DNA of 63,801 nt, filler included, from Octopus bimaculoides (lineage: Eukaryota), in the NCBI RefSeq assembly GCF_001194135.2. It is 6 parts of 6 records of this genome, joined end to end, with 100 filler letters (N's around TTAATTAATTAA, not from the genome) between each part and the next. Parts side by side here need not be neighbours in the genome. Positions count along the whole stretch, not along the records: positions 1 to 22,993 come from NC_068985.1; positions 23,094 to 31,520 come from NC_069008.1; 4 more parts are not named here. One strand, written 5' to 3'. The notes beneath the pieces are model-generated. The model was not told the DNA's origin and did no database searches. It saw only the letters and a list, made by a program, of their open reading frames with translations. Positions within the stretch are counted from its first letter, which is position 1, and the number at the start of each line of letters is the position of its first letter. A program made the position numbers and the translations under genes. Of this stretch, positions 13,380 to 27,812 are shown piece after piece.

Positions 13380-13790
13380 ATAACCCTGTTATTACATACA
13401 CAAATATCAACACAAGGAATGCTGTTGGAACATTCCCATCAAAACATCTGTCACGTGTAAACACAACAGACCGGATATTGTCGTTTGAGACAGACAAGAA
13501 AAAGTATGGACTGTTATGGAAGACAACTGTCCTTTTGATGTGAATATCTCTTTGTAAAGCAACGAGAAAGAGGATAACTGCGGAACTGCTGCGAAACCTT
13601 CAGCTTCTCTATTATAAATTCACATTTATGCCAATAATAATACATGCACTTAGTTTCATAAATAAATGCTTTCCAATCTGGATAAGCTTGGATTTTCAGA
13701 AAAAGAAATCAACTGACTTGATTATTACAAATGCATACTGTAAGCGGAACAATAAAATTCTGCAAAACTTTTCGCAGGCTTAAAATGTAA
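13380..13790 (+). mobile_element. Second, diverged RLE endonuclease fragment
   Basis: WNIPIKTSVTCKHNRPDIVV...CPFDVN...AELLRNLQLL...SGTIKFCKTF, homologous to 9840-10235. Confidence 0.7.
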
Positions 13791-13935
13791 TATTGTTTTC
13801 GTTACCTACATCCTAACGTTGGGCTTTGTATCTTTATCAGAAACCAGCTCCTTCTTCAGAGGAAGAATTTAAATAATTGAATGTAGAAAAGAACGTACGT
13901 ACATACATACATACATACATACATACATACATACA

Positions 13936-14047
<112 letters not shown>

Positions 14048-16189
14048 TGTAAAAACTATCAAAACATCGCGCTGACGTCAAAACTCCAGTTGCAATATGA
14101 ACATTCAATTTCAGCATAAGATTCAGTCTACTTGTCTGTGTATATATGTACATATATACGTGCGAGAGAGTGTGGACACGCTTTTTTGTGTATCATTAAT
14201 AAGAATAATCGTATTAGCAACAAAAACAGTGTAATCCACCAACAACGAGTGCGACTGCATATAAAAATAACTAGAATAACATTGTGAAATAAACGAAAAA
14301 CAAGAGGATAATAAAACAGCATTTGTAACATTGATCTCGGCGAGTTTTCGATATAACTGCCAACTCTTAAACTTAGCAATAGTAATAATTATAACAACAA
14401 CAAAATCAGAAATAACACCAGATAAAATAATCAGCTAAAAACTAAAGGGAGAGAGTCAGTTTGAGTGTTTCGAAATTCTAATGAAAGAAATACCACATAA
14501 AATAAATTAATAAAGGCAAAAATAAACAAGTGATTACGGATAAACTGGATGAAACAAAAACAACAACAAAAAACATCATTTCTTGGTAGAGAACTATACA
14601 GCTTCGATTAGATCGTTTTCATGATAACAAAAGTAATAACAGATAAATATATAAATAGATGAAAGTAATAAATAAATCAATATTAGGCAAAGAATCTTAC
14701 TTACTGCAAAATAGTAGTTGGCTATTTTCCATACTCACTTTGAAATAAAAAGGTGAGTGACGTATTCCTCACCCCGCCACCTAAGTAGGGGAAATGGCGG
14801 AACCAAAAGAAAATTCTTTAAGAACAGTTAATGGTTGTTTTCAAAATTTTTCAACAATAATTATGGTTGTTTTCAAGCACACATGCCATGGAATACTCTT
14901 CGGAAAACCAAGATGATATACAAATTTCAATCTAATTATAAAGGTTCAATTATTCATGACTCAAATCGTTAGACAGCTATGATACTTGCTTTTGTTCCTT
15001 TACAATGTATTTACAATAATGAGCCTTAGCGATAAATTACAATACAGTACACAAACCAAGGTTACATGTAAAAAAAATATCAGCTGATAACACCAGCATC
15101 CTATATAAATATAGGTAATGTAAAAAAAAAAAAAAACAGAAACACTCGGATAGTATGTATCGGTTTGTGTATGTGTGCATGTGTATTTTTGAGTATATAA
15201 ATATGAAATTTAATCTCGTATTTCGTGCTCGAAATAATAAATTTAAGCAATTACGATGTTTCTCATTCAATAAATTGGCCCTCAACGGCGTACCTTACTT
15301 TAGGAGCAACGCCGGTTATTTTTCCAATGTTTACCTCATATTTAAATGGCGTCATGATTAAAATACGATATATGAAATGAAATTCGGTTTTCAAGGAAAA
15401 TAATATCCTTGTTTATATCAGAAGAATATTATGGTGAGACATATTAATGATCCTATAAAATAGCGTTTGGGGATATAGATAGGTTCTTAAATTTACTACT
15501 TATAGGCAGGTGGAATTGATGGAATAAATTTAATTATAAAGACATAGATTTTAAATTTGTTTGAGTTTAGTCTAGTACAGAATTAAATTGTATAGTATAT
15601 ATCATATATAGGATTAGATGAAGGTTTAGATGCTCAATATTTTTGTTTTGTTTTTTTGGTGAGGTGCGCTATGGTTAAAAAGAATACTTACAAATTTATG
15701 TGTGTANNNNNNNNNNNNNNNNNNNNNNNNNNNNNNNNNNNNNNNNNNNNNNNNNNNNNNNNNNNNNNNNNNNNNNNNNNNNNNNNNNNNNNNNNNNNNN
15801 NNNNNNNNNNNNNNNNNNNNNNNNNNNNNNNNNNNNNNNNNNNNNNNNNNNNNNNNNNNNNNNNNNNNNNNNNNNNNNNNNNNNNNNNNNNNNNNNNNNN
15901 NNNNNNNNNNNNNNNNNNNNNNNNNNNNNNNNNNNNNNNNNNNNNNNNNNNNNNNNNNNNNNNNNNNNNNNNNNNNNNNNNNNNNNNNNNNNNNNNNNNN
16001 NNNNNNNNNNNNNNNNNNNNNNNNNNNNNNNNNNNNNNNNNNNNNNNNNNNNNNNNNNNNNNNNNNNNNNNNNNNNNNNNNNNNNNNNNNNNNNNNNNNN
16101 NNNNNNNNNNNNNNNNNNNNNNNNNNNNNNNNNNNNNNNNNNNNNNNNNNNNNNNNNNTATATATATATTGGCACTTCCAAGGAAAGGT

Positions 16190-16241
16190 ATCAGAGCGAC
16201 TTTGATCTTTCAGCTAACCCGCCTTCATCAGATTCTCTGAT
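16190..16241 (-). ncRNA. Near-intact/decayed hammerhead ribozyme
   Basis: AUCAGAGAAU-CUGAUGA-A-GGC GGGUUA GCU-GAAA-GAUC-AA-AGUCGCUCUGAU. Core boxes intact and distal stem I 7 bp, but the cleavage-site U and proximal stem I are disrupted. Confidence 0.5.
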
Positions 16242-17188
16242 GTAGTTGAGCAAACTGAGACTTCAAAGTTATTGTCAATTTTCCCTTCTATAAGTTAATA
16301 AGTACTCTATTAATGATATTCAATAATTCTTCAATTTAATCTTTAATTTTATATCGAACTTAGCATGGGAGCAAACACACAAACGCACGCACTTACACAT
16401 ACCCACACACGGGCATATATAAAAAATATATAGGTATGAATGTATGTATGTGTCTAGGTATGTATATACACAGACACACGTACACACATACACACACATT
16501 TCACTCGCAAGTATTCATCTTCCTCCCTCTGTCTTTTTTTTCTATTTTTGTAACTTTCTGAAGAAGGACTTAAGCTAAAAACATCAATCACACACACGTA
16601 TTTTACTTTTTTATTGGGCGTTAAAGATAATAGTTAAACTTCTTTCACTGTTGTCTCTAGCATTATTTTCCTTATAAATTTTGATCATGAATGCGTGTGT
16701 GTATATGATATTCAACCCATGTTAATTCCGATTAGTTACACGTTTGGTCAACAGAGTTTCCCCTCCATGGTTCTCCAGTAGTTTATTCAGACATCATGTA
16801 TCCGTTACAATGTTAGTTAATGCATTCTTAGATAACCGCTTGTTTATCTAAGTGGGACTCAATGGAAAAATGGCGGTTACCACATTATCGAACGACCGCA
16901 TAGGAGCACCACTGTACTTGTTCATACCGGTGTAAATATGGTGGCATTTCTAATTCTAAGGGGAGGTTATTCGAATATAAGGTAATTCAATCATTCGTTA
17001 AATATTGATCAAGAAAATTAGTATCAAAATGTGGAGATGTCAATAGAATTGTTTAAAATCATCATAGATAGCAATTAGCATGAACGCAACCAAAAGACTA
17101 AAATCTGTAAAAGAATTCATTTTTCGTGTGTATATATATATGTGTGTGTGTATTTATGTTTGTGTGTATGTGTACATATATATATATA

Positions 17189-17265
<77 letters not shown>

Positions 17266-18265
17266 ATACTATAGCAGTGGATAGTGAGAATTAGTACTCA
17301 ACACGGCATTTGGTGAATAAATATAGTTTTTATTTGTGAAGCTGCAATACTACCATTGGTTTCATGCGAAAACCTCGCAAGTATGAAGTATTTCGTAGAA
17401 AAAAAAACCCTGGTAATCTGTCTCTATGCTGCATAAGCTTTATCCACACTTGGACACGGCTCACCAACATTTTTATGTGCAATACCTGACATTTACGATG
17501 TTGTCACATGAAACCAATGGTAGCTTTGTAAATCCATTAGTAAAGGATGTATATATAAATGTGTTTGCATGTCTCGATGTGTGCGTGTGAGCATATATGT
17601 ATTTGTATGGTTATATTGACTTATCACTCTATTTCTCCCCCCCCTCTCTCTCTCCTCTTCCTCTGTTCGCGTGTGTGCGTGAAATAGATAAAAATGTTTT
17701 GAAATACTGAAGTTGAATGCAATTATTGCTTCGTATAATAATGTCAGAACAGAACTTTTCTGAGTAATGCATTTAAAGAGTCATACTTTCGTCCATGTGA
17801 GGTGTCTCTTTGTGTAGAAAAGAGAGAGAACGTTTGAAAGAGAAACATCAGGTGATTGTGTGTGAGAGAGAAATTATGTAAAATGGGAATTATGTAAACG
17901 AAAGAGATAAGACATAAAAATGTACACAATTCAAATATAATTTTATATATCATTGCATTTTAAAATATTTTCGAATATAAGAATTCTTGGATGGGAATGT
18001 CAATGGTTTGAATTATTATACCATAGTTATACTGTTCTCATCCAAACCATCTTGTTCATAATACTATCCCGTGTTCTCACAAATACTGTCTCCTGTATTG
18101 ATATAAACTTAGAATGATGTATACAAAATTATAATGTATTATTTGCTCTCAATATAATTCTAACTCAGTAAACTTGACATTCTAATTCAGTAAATGTGAC
18201 ATTCAAACTCGGTAAATCTGAACAGTGTTCTATAAAATATATATATCATATATTTGGATTAGTGA

Positions 18266-18590
18266 AGGCATATGGCTCAGTGGTTAGAGAATTGTGCTTA
18301 CAGTCATGGCGTTGTGAGTTCGGTTTGTTAACTGCGTTCCTGAGCAAGACACTTTATTTCACTTTGCTCCAGTTCACTCAGCTATAGAAATGAGTTGCGA
18401 CATCACTGGTGCCAAGCGTTATCAGCGTTTGCCTTTCCTGTGGACCATGTCGGTGGCGTGAAGAGGGGAGACTGGTATGCATGGGTGACAGTTGGTCTTC
18501 CACAAACAACCTTGCTCGGACCTGTGTCTCGGAGGGGAACTTTGCAGGAGCAATCTCATGTTCATTCGTGACCGAAGAGTATCTTTTGCT
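18266..18590 (+). mobile_element. SINE with family D-like head/core and an unrelated tail
   Basis: ggctcagtggttagag...ctgagcaagacactttatttcactttgctccagttcactcagct shared with 52097; tail differs. Confidence 0.65.
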
Positions 18591-19345
18591 TCATATTTAA
18601 ATTTTTTAAAATTTTCTTCTGGTTAAATCAGAGTTGAAAGAGAAATGCATGTATCATAGATTGCTGCGATCGAAAGCAACGCATCAGCATTCCAATTGTC
18701 CTTCGAACAGAAAATCTTGTTCAAATGTTTGCAACAGCTTAGATTCTATTGGCAGTGCTGAATCGGAAGATCACTTGAATTTACCACCCAAGCACAGATA
18801 TAGTTCGGTGACTTTCTTTAAGTAGAACATGAAAAGAGCACCGAGAGGAATAATCAATTTTGTTTAAAGTACAAGGGAAACATCATAAGATTTATGAAGT
18901 CTATGGTGCAAACATTTTCAGTGTAAACAATAATGAAATATGAAGGAAGTTCAAGCAATATTCTCTAGGCGGGCCATACTGTTCGACATTAATTCAGCCG
19001 AGGCGTGTTTGCTCATTTACAGGGAGTGGCAGACACAAACTAATTATGCGAATGCAATGTCAAACTGTAAAATATTGCAAACAAAGAATATATTAACACT
19101 AAATAAATATGATACTCAAGTAAGAGATATTTTTCAGACTTAATTCATTGAATTCTCTCTCTCTCACTCTCTAGATATATATATATATATATANNNNNNN
19201 NNNNNNNNNNNNNNNNNNNNNNNNNNNNNNNNNNNNNNNNNNNNNNNNNNNNNNNNNNNNNNNNNNNNNNNNNNNNNNNNNNNNNNNNNNNNNNNNNNNN
19301 NNNNNNNNNNNNNNNNNNNNNNNNNNNNNNNNNNNNNNNNNNNNN

Positions 19346-19378
<33 letters not shown>

Positions 19379-21080
19379 AGATATGCCTCACAATGATATT
19401 GAGACTACTTTCAACTGAATATATGATTTAGTGAACAAATGTTAGAGCTACAAAATAATAATTTAACATCATCCTTTTCGCAGCAAAATATGATTTTGTA
19501 AACTCTAAATAATTTTTTACAGTGTGGATCTACCATAGATTTAGCAATAGAACGTCTGTGTCTACATAGGAATGATTTAAGAGCCATTTCCTATAGAAAA
19601 AATGAATTAAAACAGTGATGTCTTAAACGCGGTCCAAATTCTAAGTATTTCCCCCATTAACAGTTAAAATAATGCGATGCATTTGCGAAACATTATTCTA
19701 CTGCCTCTATTCTACACATTTGGTTGTACAAAGCTAACCGAGCTGACTCTTCTATGCTTTCTACCACTACCGTCATTACTACTATTACTGCTACCACTAC
19801 TTTTGTAATTCTGTTTTTGATTCACCGTCTCGCGTTTCCGAAACTGAAACCTTGCTGAGTCTATTTGTTTCTGTTTGAGTACAGCAAAGCGAGTTTTATC
19901 AGATACCCAAGTATTTAAAAGGTACTTTATTTCATCGGCGTCGAAAAGAGAAAAGGCAAAGTTTACATCCGTAGGATTCGAACACTGAATTTAAAGAGCT
20001 GAAGAAATACCAGCAAGGCATTTTTTCCCCGAGGCTCTAATGATTCTGTCAATTCATCTCTCTTGATGTGCTTATAATGGATGATAGAGCCAACAAGAAA
20101 TATAATAGAAGGGATTGACTAATAAACTTGTGCTGCCACTTTCAATATCAGTGAGTTGTTTCTTTGTTGTTTCACCTACATACAGATCAATTTCTAATAG
20201 AAATATCTCAGCTACAGGCAAAATGGAACAGGAATCAATGAAACACAATATAGTCGTTCAAACTGCATGAAAAAAAAAACTAGATCTTATACCGTCTTCA
20301 AAAATTGAATGATATTGTATATCAAACTTAGATCCACTGCTTGATAGTAAAGACGAAATAATGACGGTTGAAATGCTTTTGGTTGTAGGCTTTCTCATTC
20401 GATCTTTCCTTGGGTTAAACAACAGCAACAGCAGTGCCAAGTTTGTGAATGTTTTCTTGATACTTCATTGAAATAGTCGTCAGCTTATTCAGTGTTTGCC
20501 TATAGATTACAAATACTTGACATATCAACTGTGTTAGCAGTTATTTGCAGATTATATGTACGTAGATATTTTAAACTTCATGTGTGTAGAGTGGAAATGG
20601 CAATGGATTTTGATACTCACCATATTGTTTCACTCTGTAAAATCTGATCAGGTATTTGAAACGGAAATATATCCAGTTTCTGGTGATAATGTTTGTTCTG
20701 GGAATATTTCCAAAATATTAGTATTAGATACAACACTTAATCGATTTTAAAACTTATAACGTGTTTAAACACACATATGTTGCATTCCATGAGATACACG
20801 AATGAATATAATAGCCTATATGAGCTTTCGATTCAAAGCATTAAAATATATCTTATCCTCTCCTAAATTACACTTCCTTTTACATTCCCGCACATATTTT
20901 CAAACGAATTTATAGGCGGCTCATTTTAGTCCTGAGTCCAGATGAATTCAACTTCCATTCACCAAGAAGAGGTAAAATAAAATGCCTGTCATGTACTGGG
21001 GTCGATATAATCGATTACCCTTTCCTCAAATTTCTGGCCTTGTACGTATATAAACACATCGCATACTGCTGATAGTGATA

Positions 21081-21116
<36 letters not shown>

Positions 21117-22096
21117 CTAATTTTAGCACAAAGCCAGCAATTTTAGGGGCACAGTCAACAACTTCTAGTTACCTTTATGATTGCTTCCTTCATTGATAGG
21201 TACTTGGTCATCTTCAAAAGTGAAGGTGGAATAACAATAATGGTCGGATGTTTAGTTCCCGAGTTACAAGAGATAATGTAATTGGAAGACGTCAGGATTG
21301 ATGTAAAAATTCTGATATAAACTGCTGAGTCAAAGGCCATGTGACTGAGGTTGTACGGAATATGCCAAGTAGTGGGAGTTTTTTTTCTGGAGCAAAATGC
21401 AGTCAAGGCAGCAAGATTTGTAGTTCCCAGTTTCCAGAGCAACATTAATCATAGCTCTGGAAATGGCAGGAAGGTCATCCTCGTACACGGGAAGTACTAT
21501 AGCTATCGAAGGGTACTATGGGTTTGAGATGAACTCTATAGATACAGAAGTTGCATCAAGCTGGATTAGCCGAGTTGCACACAGAACGATGAAAATCGTG
21601 CAAGTGTCCGATAATTACTGACTTACGGAGCTGTCTGGAACTGATGTTGCCACGTATAAAGCGGACTATGCTATCGGCCAACTCCATCGTAAAAATCAGG
21701 CTGCAGACCTATTTTAGTAAGGCTAAGAAAACAGATTTACTTTGTTCGGTGGTTATGGGGAAAGCCATTGTACGGGAGAGGCCAGGCTAAAAGGATGAGA
21801 ACAAATGTCTTCCGCTTCAGTCAAGTTCTCGAGAATTTATTTAAAGTTTCACTGAGAAAGGAAATTGAGGGTGAAGAGACAAGTGCTCTTCTTCAGTGAA
21901 TCTGTCAAAAGGTGGGTGATTATGGAGGAAATAAGGTAATTGGAATAGCAGAAAATTGGAGAGCAACAGCTAGATGTTTACCTATCCGTGCTCTTAATGC
22001 ACTTGGATTTGTGGAGTTATCTGATTCGCGTTTGTTGGAGGGACTTCCGTTTCGAGAGGAGTGCATCATTCATGTATTCACAAATTCATGTATTCA

Positions 22097-22482
22097 GCTG
22101 GAGTGGCTGTGTGGTAAGTAGTTTGCTTACCAACCACATGGTTCTGGGTTCAGTCCCACTCCGGGCCAACCAAATCCTTGTGAGTGGTTTTGGTAGACGG
22201 CAACTGAAAGAAGCGCGTCGTATATATATATATTTATATATGTGTGTGTGTGTGTGTGTGTGCGTGTGTATGTATGATTTTGCGTCTGTGTTTGTGCCCC
22301 CAACATCGCTTGGCAACGATGCTGGTGCGTTTGCATCCCCGTAACATAGCAGTTCGGCAAAATTGACTGATAGAATACGTACTAGGCTTAGAAAAAAAGA
22401 ATAAGTCCTGGGGTCGATTTGCTCGACTAAAGGCAGTGCTCCAGCATGGTCGCAGTCAAAATGACTGAAACAAATAAAAGAA
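22097..22482 (+). mobile_element. tRNA-derived SINE family B
   Basis: Head ggagtggctgtgtggtaagtag...gggttcagtcccact, internal (TA/TG)n, tail gactaaaggcagtgctccagcatgg...gactgaaacaa. Confidence 0.8.
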
Positions 22483-22694
22483 TAAAAGAATATGTAGACA
22501 TTTTATCTCATAACTCACCATCCATGCTTTTTTCTTCACCCGATTGTATGTGTACCTGAACACGAATTGTAACCTGTTTTGGTAATTCACTCTCACCTGA
22601 CGCCGCAGCGGCAAATATATATTATGATATATATATATAATCATCACTATCATCATCATTATCATTATTTCTATTATTATTGTGATACAAGCGC

Positions 22695-22885
22695 AGCAAG
22701 CTGGCAGAATCGGTTGAAACGCTTTGCGGCATTTCTCCTGGTTCTTTACTTTTGGAGTTCAAACACCGCCGAACATACTTTCTGAGTCGATAAAATAGGT
22801 TCCTGTTGAGCACTGAGGTCAATGTAATCCAGCACGCTCTGCACCTAAAATTTCAGGCCTTGTGCCTATAATAGAAAGGATTCTT
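22695..22885 (+). mobile_element. SINE family A copy
   Basis: gcaagctggcagaatcggttg...gagttcaaacaccgcc...gataaaataggt...caggccttgtgcc. Similar copies at about 4350, 12130, 19880(-), 20930, 41545(-) and 49262(-). Confidence 0.7.
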
Positions 22886-22906
22886 CTTCTTCTCCTTCTT
22901 CTTCTT

Positions 22907-22978
<72 letters not shown>

Positions 22979-23037
22979 TAGTTTTATTTTTATNNNNNNN
23001 NNNNNNNNNNNNNNNNNNNNNNNNNNNNNNNNNNNNN

Positions 23038-23049
23038 TTAATTAATTAA
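23038..23049. other. Artificial scaffold spacer TTAATTAATTAA inside N44..N44
   Basis: Exactly 44 N + 12 nt + 44 N = 100 nt; stops in all six frames. Confidence 0.9.
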
Positions 23050-24074
23050 NNNNNNNNNNNNNNNNNNNNNNNNNNNNNNNNNNNNNNNNNNNNATATATA
23101 CACACACACACAAACGTGTGTGTGTGTAATAACGTGTGTGTGTGCAATAACAAGAGGGTAAAATAGAAAGTCTTCAGTACCTTCATGGGGGGATAATAAT
23201 TTCAACAGAGCCGACAGTTCCCTGTTTAGTCTGGAGCTCGCCTGACTGTGTCTGAGACTAGTTTCATTCTAAGAGAGAACTGGAGAAACCAAACTAAACT
23301 CTACACACATTCACACGCTATAACATATTTATTTATACATCTAGAGTGTGGATATGATAAACAGAAAGATACATAGAGACAGACTGATAGATAACCACAG
23401 TTAGACACAGAGATAGACAGACAGGGAGAGGATAGACAGACATAGACCAATAAAGTAGATAGACAGACAAAATAGACTGACAATACATATGTACCTCCAG
23501 AAATGCTAGTATGAAAAGTAGAAAATACAAAGAAAAAAAAAAGGAATGTGTGAAAGGAGGAGAGGGGGGGGGGTAAATGGAATTTAAAAAAATCTTTTCA
23601 TTAAATCCTCCATACCCCTCCCTTCTTCCACTCACACACATCTGATAAAAAAAAAAACAGTTTGTTGATAGATCTCTGGGAGAGAAAAGAATATTTGTGG
23701 TGACAGTGGGAGGCTTGAAACAGCTGTTAAAATTTAACAAGTTGGTGTTAATATCGCCACCACCACCACCACCACCCCTTTGTAGAGAGAGAGAGAGAGA
23801 GAGAAGGTTTGTGTGTGAATATAGCTGCATATCCATGTGTGTGTAAGTGCATGGTATATGCACACACATACACTTGTATAAATACATATATATGTAATAT
23901 ATAAATAATATATGCGCTCATACACACAAGTATTTGTGGGTACACAAAATATATCTCAATATAAAATATTGATATCTACATATCAATCTAAATGTATTTT
24001 CATCTCTCTGTATAATATATATTTGTAAAGCCCTGTGCATGCATGTATCTTTAGATACACACACACAACCATAT

Positions 24075-24193
24075 GCTTCTTCGTTCAGTTCCACTGCTCG
24101 ACACCTTTGGTCATGTGTCTACTACAGCCTTGGGCCGACTGACCAAAGCTTGTGAGTGGATTTGGTAAACGGAAACTGAAAGAACCATGTGTG

Positions 24194-24231
<38 letters not shown>

Positions 24232-24430
24232 CCATCCTACCATTGCTTGACAACCAATGTTGGTTTCTTTACATCCCCAAAACTTAGCGGTTCAGCGAAA
24301 GAAACCGATAAAATAAGTACCAGGCTTTAAACGAAAAATAAGGGACTGGTATTGATTCCTTTGATTAAAAATTCTTCAAGGTAGTGCCCCAGCATGGCCA
24401 CAGTGTGACGACTGAAACAAACAAAAGATT
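24075..24430 (+). mobile_element. SINE family B (older copy)
   Basis: Body and tail match family B; head decayed. Confidence 0.7.
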
Positions 24431-24810
24431 GAAGGATAAAATACGAGTTACATTCGACAGAGTAAACTGAATGCGAAAAGGTTCAAACAATCTAATTTTT
24501 TCCCCTCTTATATTTCGTTACTTCAGAGTCAGTCAGACATTTAGTGGGACGGTCAATATCCTGGTGGAACTGCAGGGTGCCAAACGGGGTAACACTTTAA
24601 TAACATATGCATGTGTGTCGTTAAGATTCATATCATGCTTAAGTCAACTTTGTCTCACGAGTGGGGTTGCCAGATTAATTTCATAAAACTAGCACAAAAT
24701 TTATTTATTTAAAAAAAAAAAAAAAAGATGGTAGAAAAAAGTAAAGAATATTACAAAGTAGCATGTCATATAAGATATATATATATATATATATATACAT
24801 ATATATTCTA

Positions 24811-24845
<35 letters not shown>

Positions 24846-24885
24846 TATTGTAAGATATATAGACATATATATATATATATATATA

Positions 24886-25322
24886 TAGGCGGATGAGTGG
24901 CTGTGTGGTAAGTAGTTTGCTTACCAACCACATGGTTCCGGGTTCATTCCCACTGCGTGGCACCTTGGGCAAGTGTCTTCTACTATAGCCTCGGGCCGAC
25001 CAAAGCCTTGTGAGTGGATTTGGTAGACGGAAACTGAAAGAAGCTTGTTGTCCGTATATGCATCCATGAGTGTGCGTAGATTTGTGTCTCTATGAATTGA
25101 CATCACGTAAAAGGTGCAATGGCTGTAGACGATTTTCACTGTCATACAAGTGGTGTCGTTGATTTCCAGTCTTCCATGGAAAAAGAGAAAAGGGCTTAGC
25201 CATGGGGAAACATTAACCTGCTTGTAAACAGGTAAGGGTTGGAAACAGGAAAGGCATCCAAGCTGTACGTAAATCTGCTGCAAACTCAGTCTGGTGGTGA
25301 TGATGATGATGATGATGATGAT
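24886..25322 (+). mobile_element. SINE with family B head and a different body/tail ending in (GAT)n
   Basis: B head and ccttgggcaagtgtcttct segment, then gggttggaaacaggaaaggcatcc and a (GAT)n tail. Confidence 0.65.
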
Positions 25323-25648
25323 ATAGGTAGAGGCATGTCCTACTGCAAGGCACCTTGGGCAAGTATCTTATACAATAGCTCTGTGAGTAGTATTTGGAAG
25401 GTAGAACTACGCAGAAGTCCATCAGATATTACACAAGAGTGTGGGCTGGAAAATGGGTGTTCCCTAAAAGTATGCCCTTTTTGACTTTGTAGTTTTCTCA
25501 TCTAATTTGGTCCTTTGTACTTTACGAGAGCAATTCAGTAAGTAACACAGAACTGAAGTTTATATGGCTGACTTTAAAATTCTTGAAAACTGCCCCAGCA
25601 TGACCACAGCCCACTAGATGAAACCAGTAAAAAAAATAGATACACACA

Positions 25649-25686
<38 letters not shown>

Positions 25687-25969
25687 CAAATAAAAGGGTA
25701 AAGGATTATTAATTTATTAATAAATTAATAATTGATAATTTTTACCAAGCCCTTCGGTATGTAAACACCATTATCGGTGAAGAACTTATTTAAAAGTTCT
25801 TATACATTTATAAACATAATTAAGGGATCAGCAACAGTTGCTTCACCACATACTGAAGTTCAGAAATAGCAGCTAAAGCGCTGAAACTCCAACAGATAGC
25901 AAAACTTGTAACTCACAAAGGCAAAACAAGAAGGAAAAAAACAACGAAACTAACCAGCCTTAGTTAATC

Positions 25970-26000
<31 letters not shown>

Positions 26001-26368
26001 TATATATACATACACACACACACATATACATACATATATACATATACACACACACACACATATATACATACATATATACATACACACACACACACACATA
26101 TACATACATATATACATATATACACACACACACACATATATACATATATACATACACACACACACACATATATACATACATATATACATACACACACACA
26201 CACACATATACATANNNNNNNNNNNNNNNNNNNNNNNNNNNNNNNNNNNNNNNNNNNNNNNNNNNNNNNNNNNNNNNNNNNNNNNNNNNNNNNNNNNNNN
26301 NNNNNNNNNNNNNNNNNNNNNNNNNNNNNNNNNNNNNNNNNNNNNNNNNNNNNNNNNNNNNNNNNNNN

Positions 26369-26415
<47 letters not shown>

Positions 26416-26547
26416 TGTGTGTATATATAATCAATATCAACATTTCCCAGGCTGTATGTTTAATTGCTGTAGAAAGTTTCATACTTTCTCCATTCAATAT
26501 ATCGATTCATTTACTTCCACACTAAAACTCTATTGGGAATCTTGTAG

Positions 26548-26596
<49 letters not shown>

Positions 26597-27019
26597 CATA
26601 CATACATGTACAAACGTCACACAAATATCACAGATTGTATACAGCTAAATTGTATATAACTAATGAATCTACATACATAAGACTCCACCCTGCCACCACC
26701 TGACACAATTACTGCATGTTTTCCCAGGACGGCACAGACTAGACATGTCTGGATTGTGTCTCTTCATTTGCCAAGTGATCTGGAACGCACAGCAACCAAA
26801 GGAAAACTAGTCAACAACATCGCTAAGTATAAGTCTTTCTTATATAGAGAAAATGGATTGGGAATGTTTTTTGGTTTTTTTTATCATCATATCACCAGAG
26901 GCTAGAGATGCTGTCTCGCCTGTATCAGCTCCTGCTCTGGACTTACTAACAAAAAGGCATTGTTTTTTTGGGGGGTTTTTTTTTACAGCATTAAAAGAAC
27001 AATTTATTATATAAACATC

Positions 27020-27393
27020 CTCTTTTATTTGTTTCAGTCATTTGACTGCGGCCATGCTGGAGCACTGCCTTTTAGTCGAGCAAGTCGACCCCAGGACTTA
27101 TTCATTGCAAGCCTAGTACTTATTCTATTGGCCTCTTTTTGCCGAACCGCTAAGTTAAGGGGACGTAAACACACCAGCATCGGTTGTCAAGCGATGGTGG
27201 GGGGACAAACACAGACACACATATACATATACATACATATACGACAGTCTTCTTTCAGTTTCCGTCTACCAAATCCACTCACAAGGCTTTGGTCGGCCCG
27301 AGGCTATAGTAGAAGACACTTGCCCAAGGTGCCACGCAGTGGGAATGAACCCAGAACCATGTGGTTGGTAAGCAAGCTACTTACCACACAGCC
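27020..27393 (-). mobile_element. Full-length SINE family B
   Basis: Complete reverse-complement head, body and tail with CpGs retained. Confidence 0.85.
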
Positions 27394-27812
27394 ACTCCCG
27401 CGCCTATCATCATCATCGTTTAACATCCTCCTTCCATGTCCGCTTGGGTGAAATAATTTGACAGTTGCTCAGCCGAAGGACTGTTGCTTGTCTGCTGTCT
27501 GTTTTGGTATAGTTTCCATGATGAATGCCAACCATTTTGCAGAGTGTAGTGGGTGCTTTTTTATAGTTAGCAGCAATAATGGTGAGATCACAAGAAACTT
27601 GCAAGACAAGTCTTAAGGGTGGCTGTAGGTGCAGGCTCTTTCAACTACAGTTACTACTCATTTTTAACAGCGGAGTGGACCGAAGCAACAAGAAATACAA
27701 TGTCTTGCTGAAGGACACAACATGCAGCCAGGAATCAGTTTCATGACCTTACAATGAGCAGTCAAATACTCTCGTTAGAGAATTCTAAACCACACGCTTC
27801 ACATATATAATA

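Noticed and set aside
17987-18045. Approx. 60-nt hairpin (ttggatgggaat...gttctcatccaa) as a pre-miRNA
   Set aside because: The middle of the stem pairs poorly and there is no recognisable mature miRNA.
21140-21940. Higher-GC segment with retroelement-like composition
   Set aside because: I could not identify a diagnostic motif in any frame; needs a profile search.
23256-23280. Minus-strand GUUCU(CUCUU)AGAAU-GAAA-CUAG-UC, a hammerhead 3' half
   Set aside because: No CUGANGA box and no stem I partner; at most a relic.
24530-24590. Acceptor plus VSQTFSGTVNILVELQGAKRG as a possible Dscam exon
   Set aside because: Wrong phase for the preceding Dscam donor and lacks the Ig Y-x-C motif.
24661-24700. 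GGGGTTGCCAGA hAT-like terminus
   Set aside because: No partner inverted terminus or TSD found.
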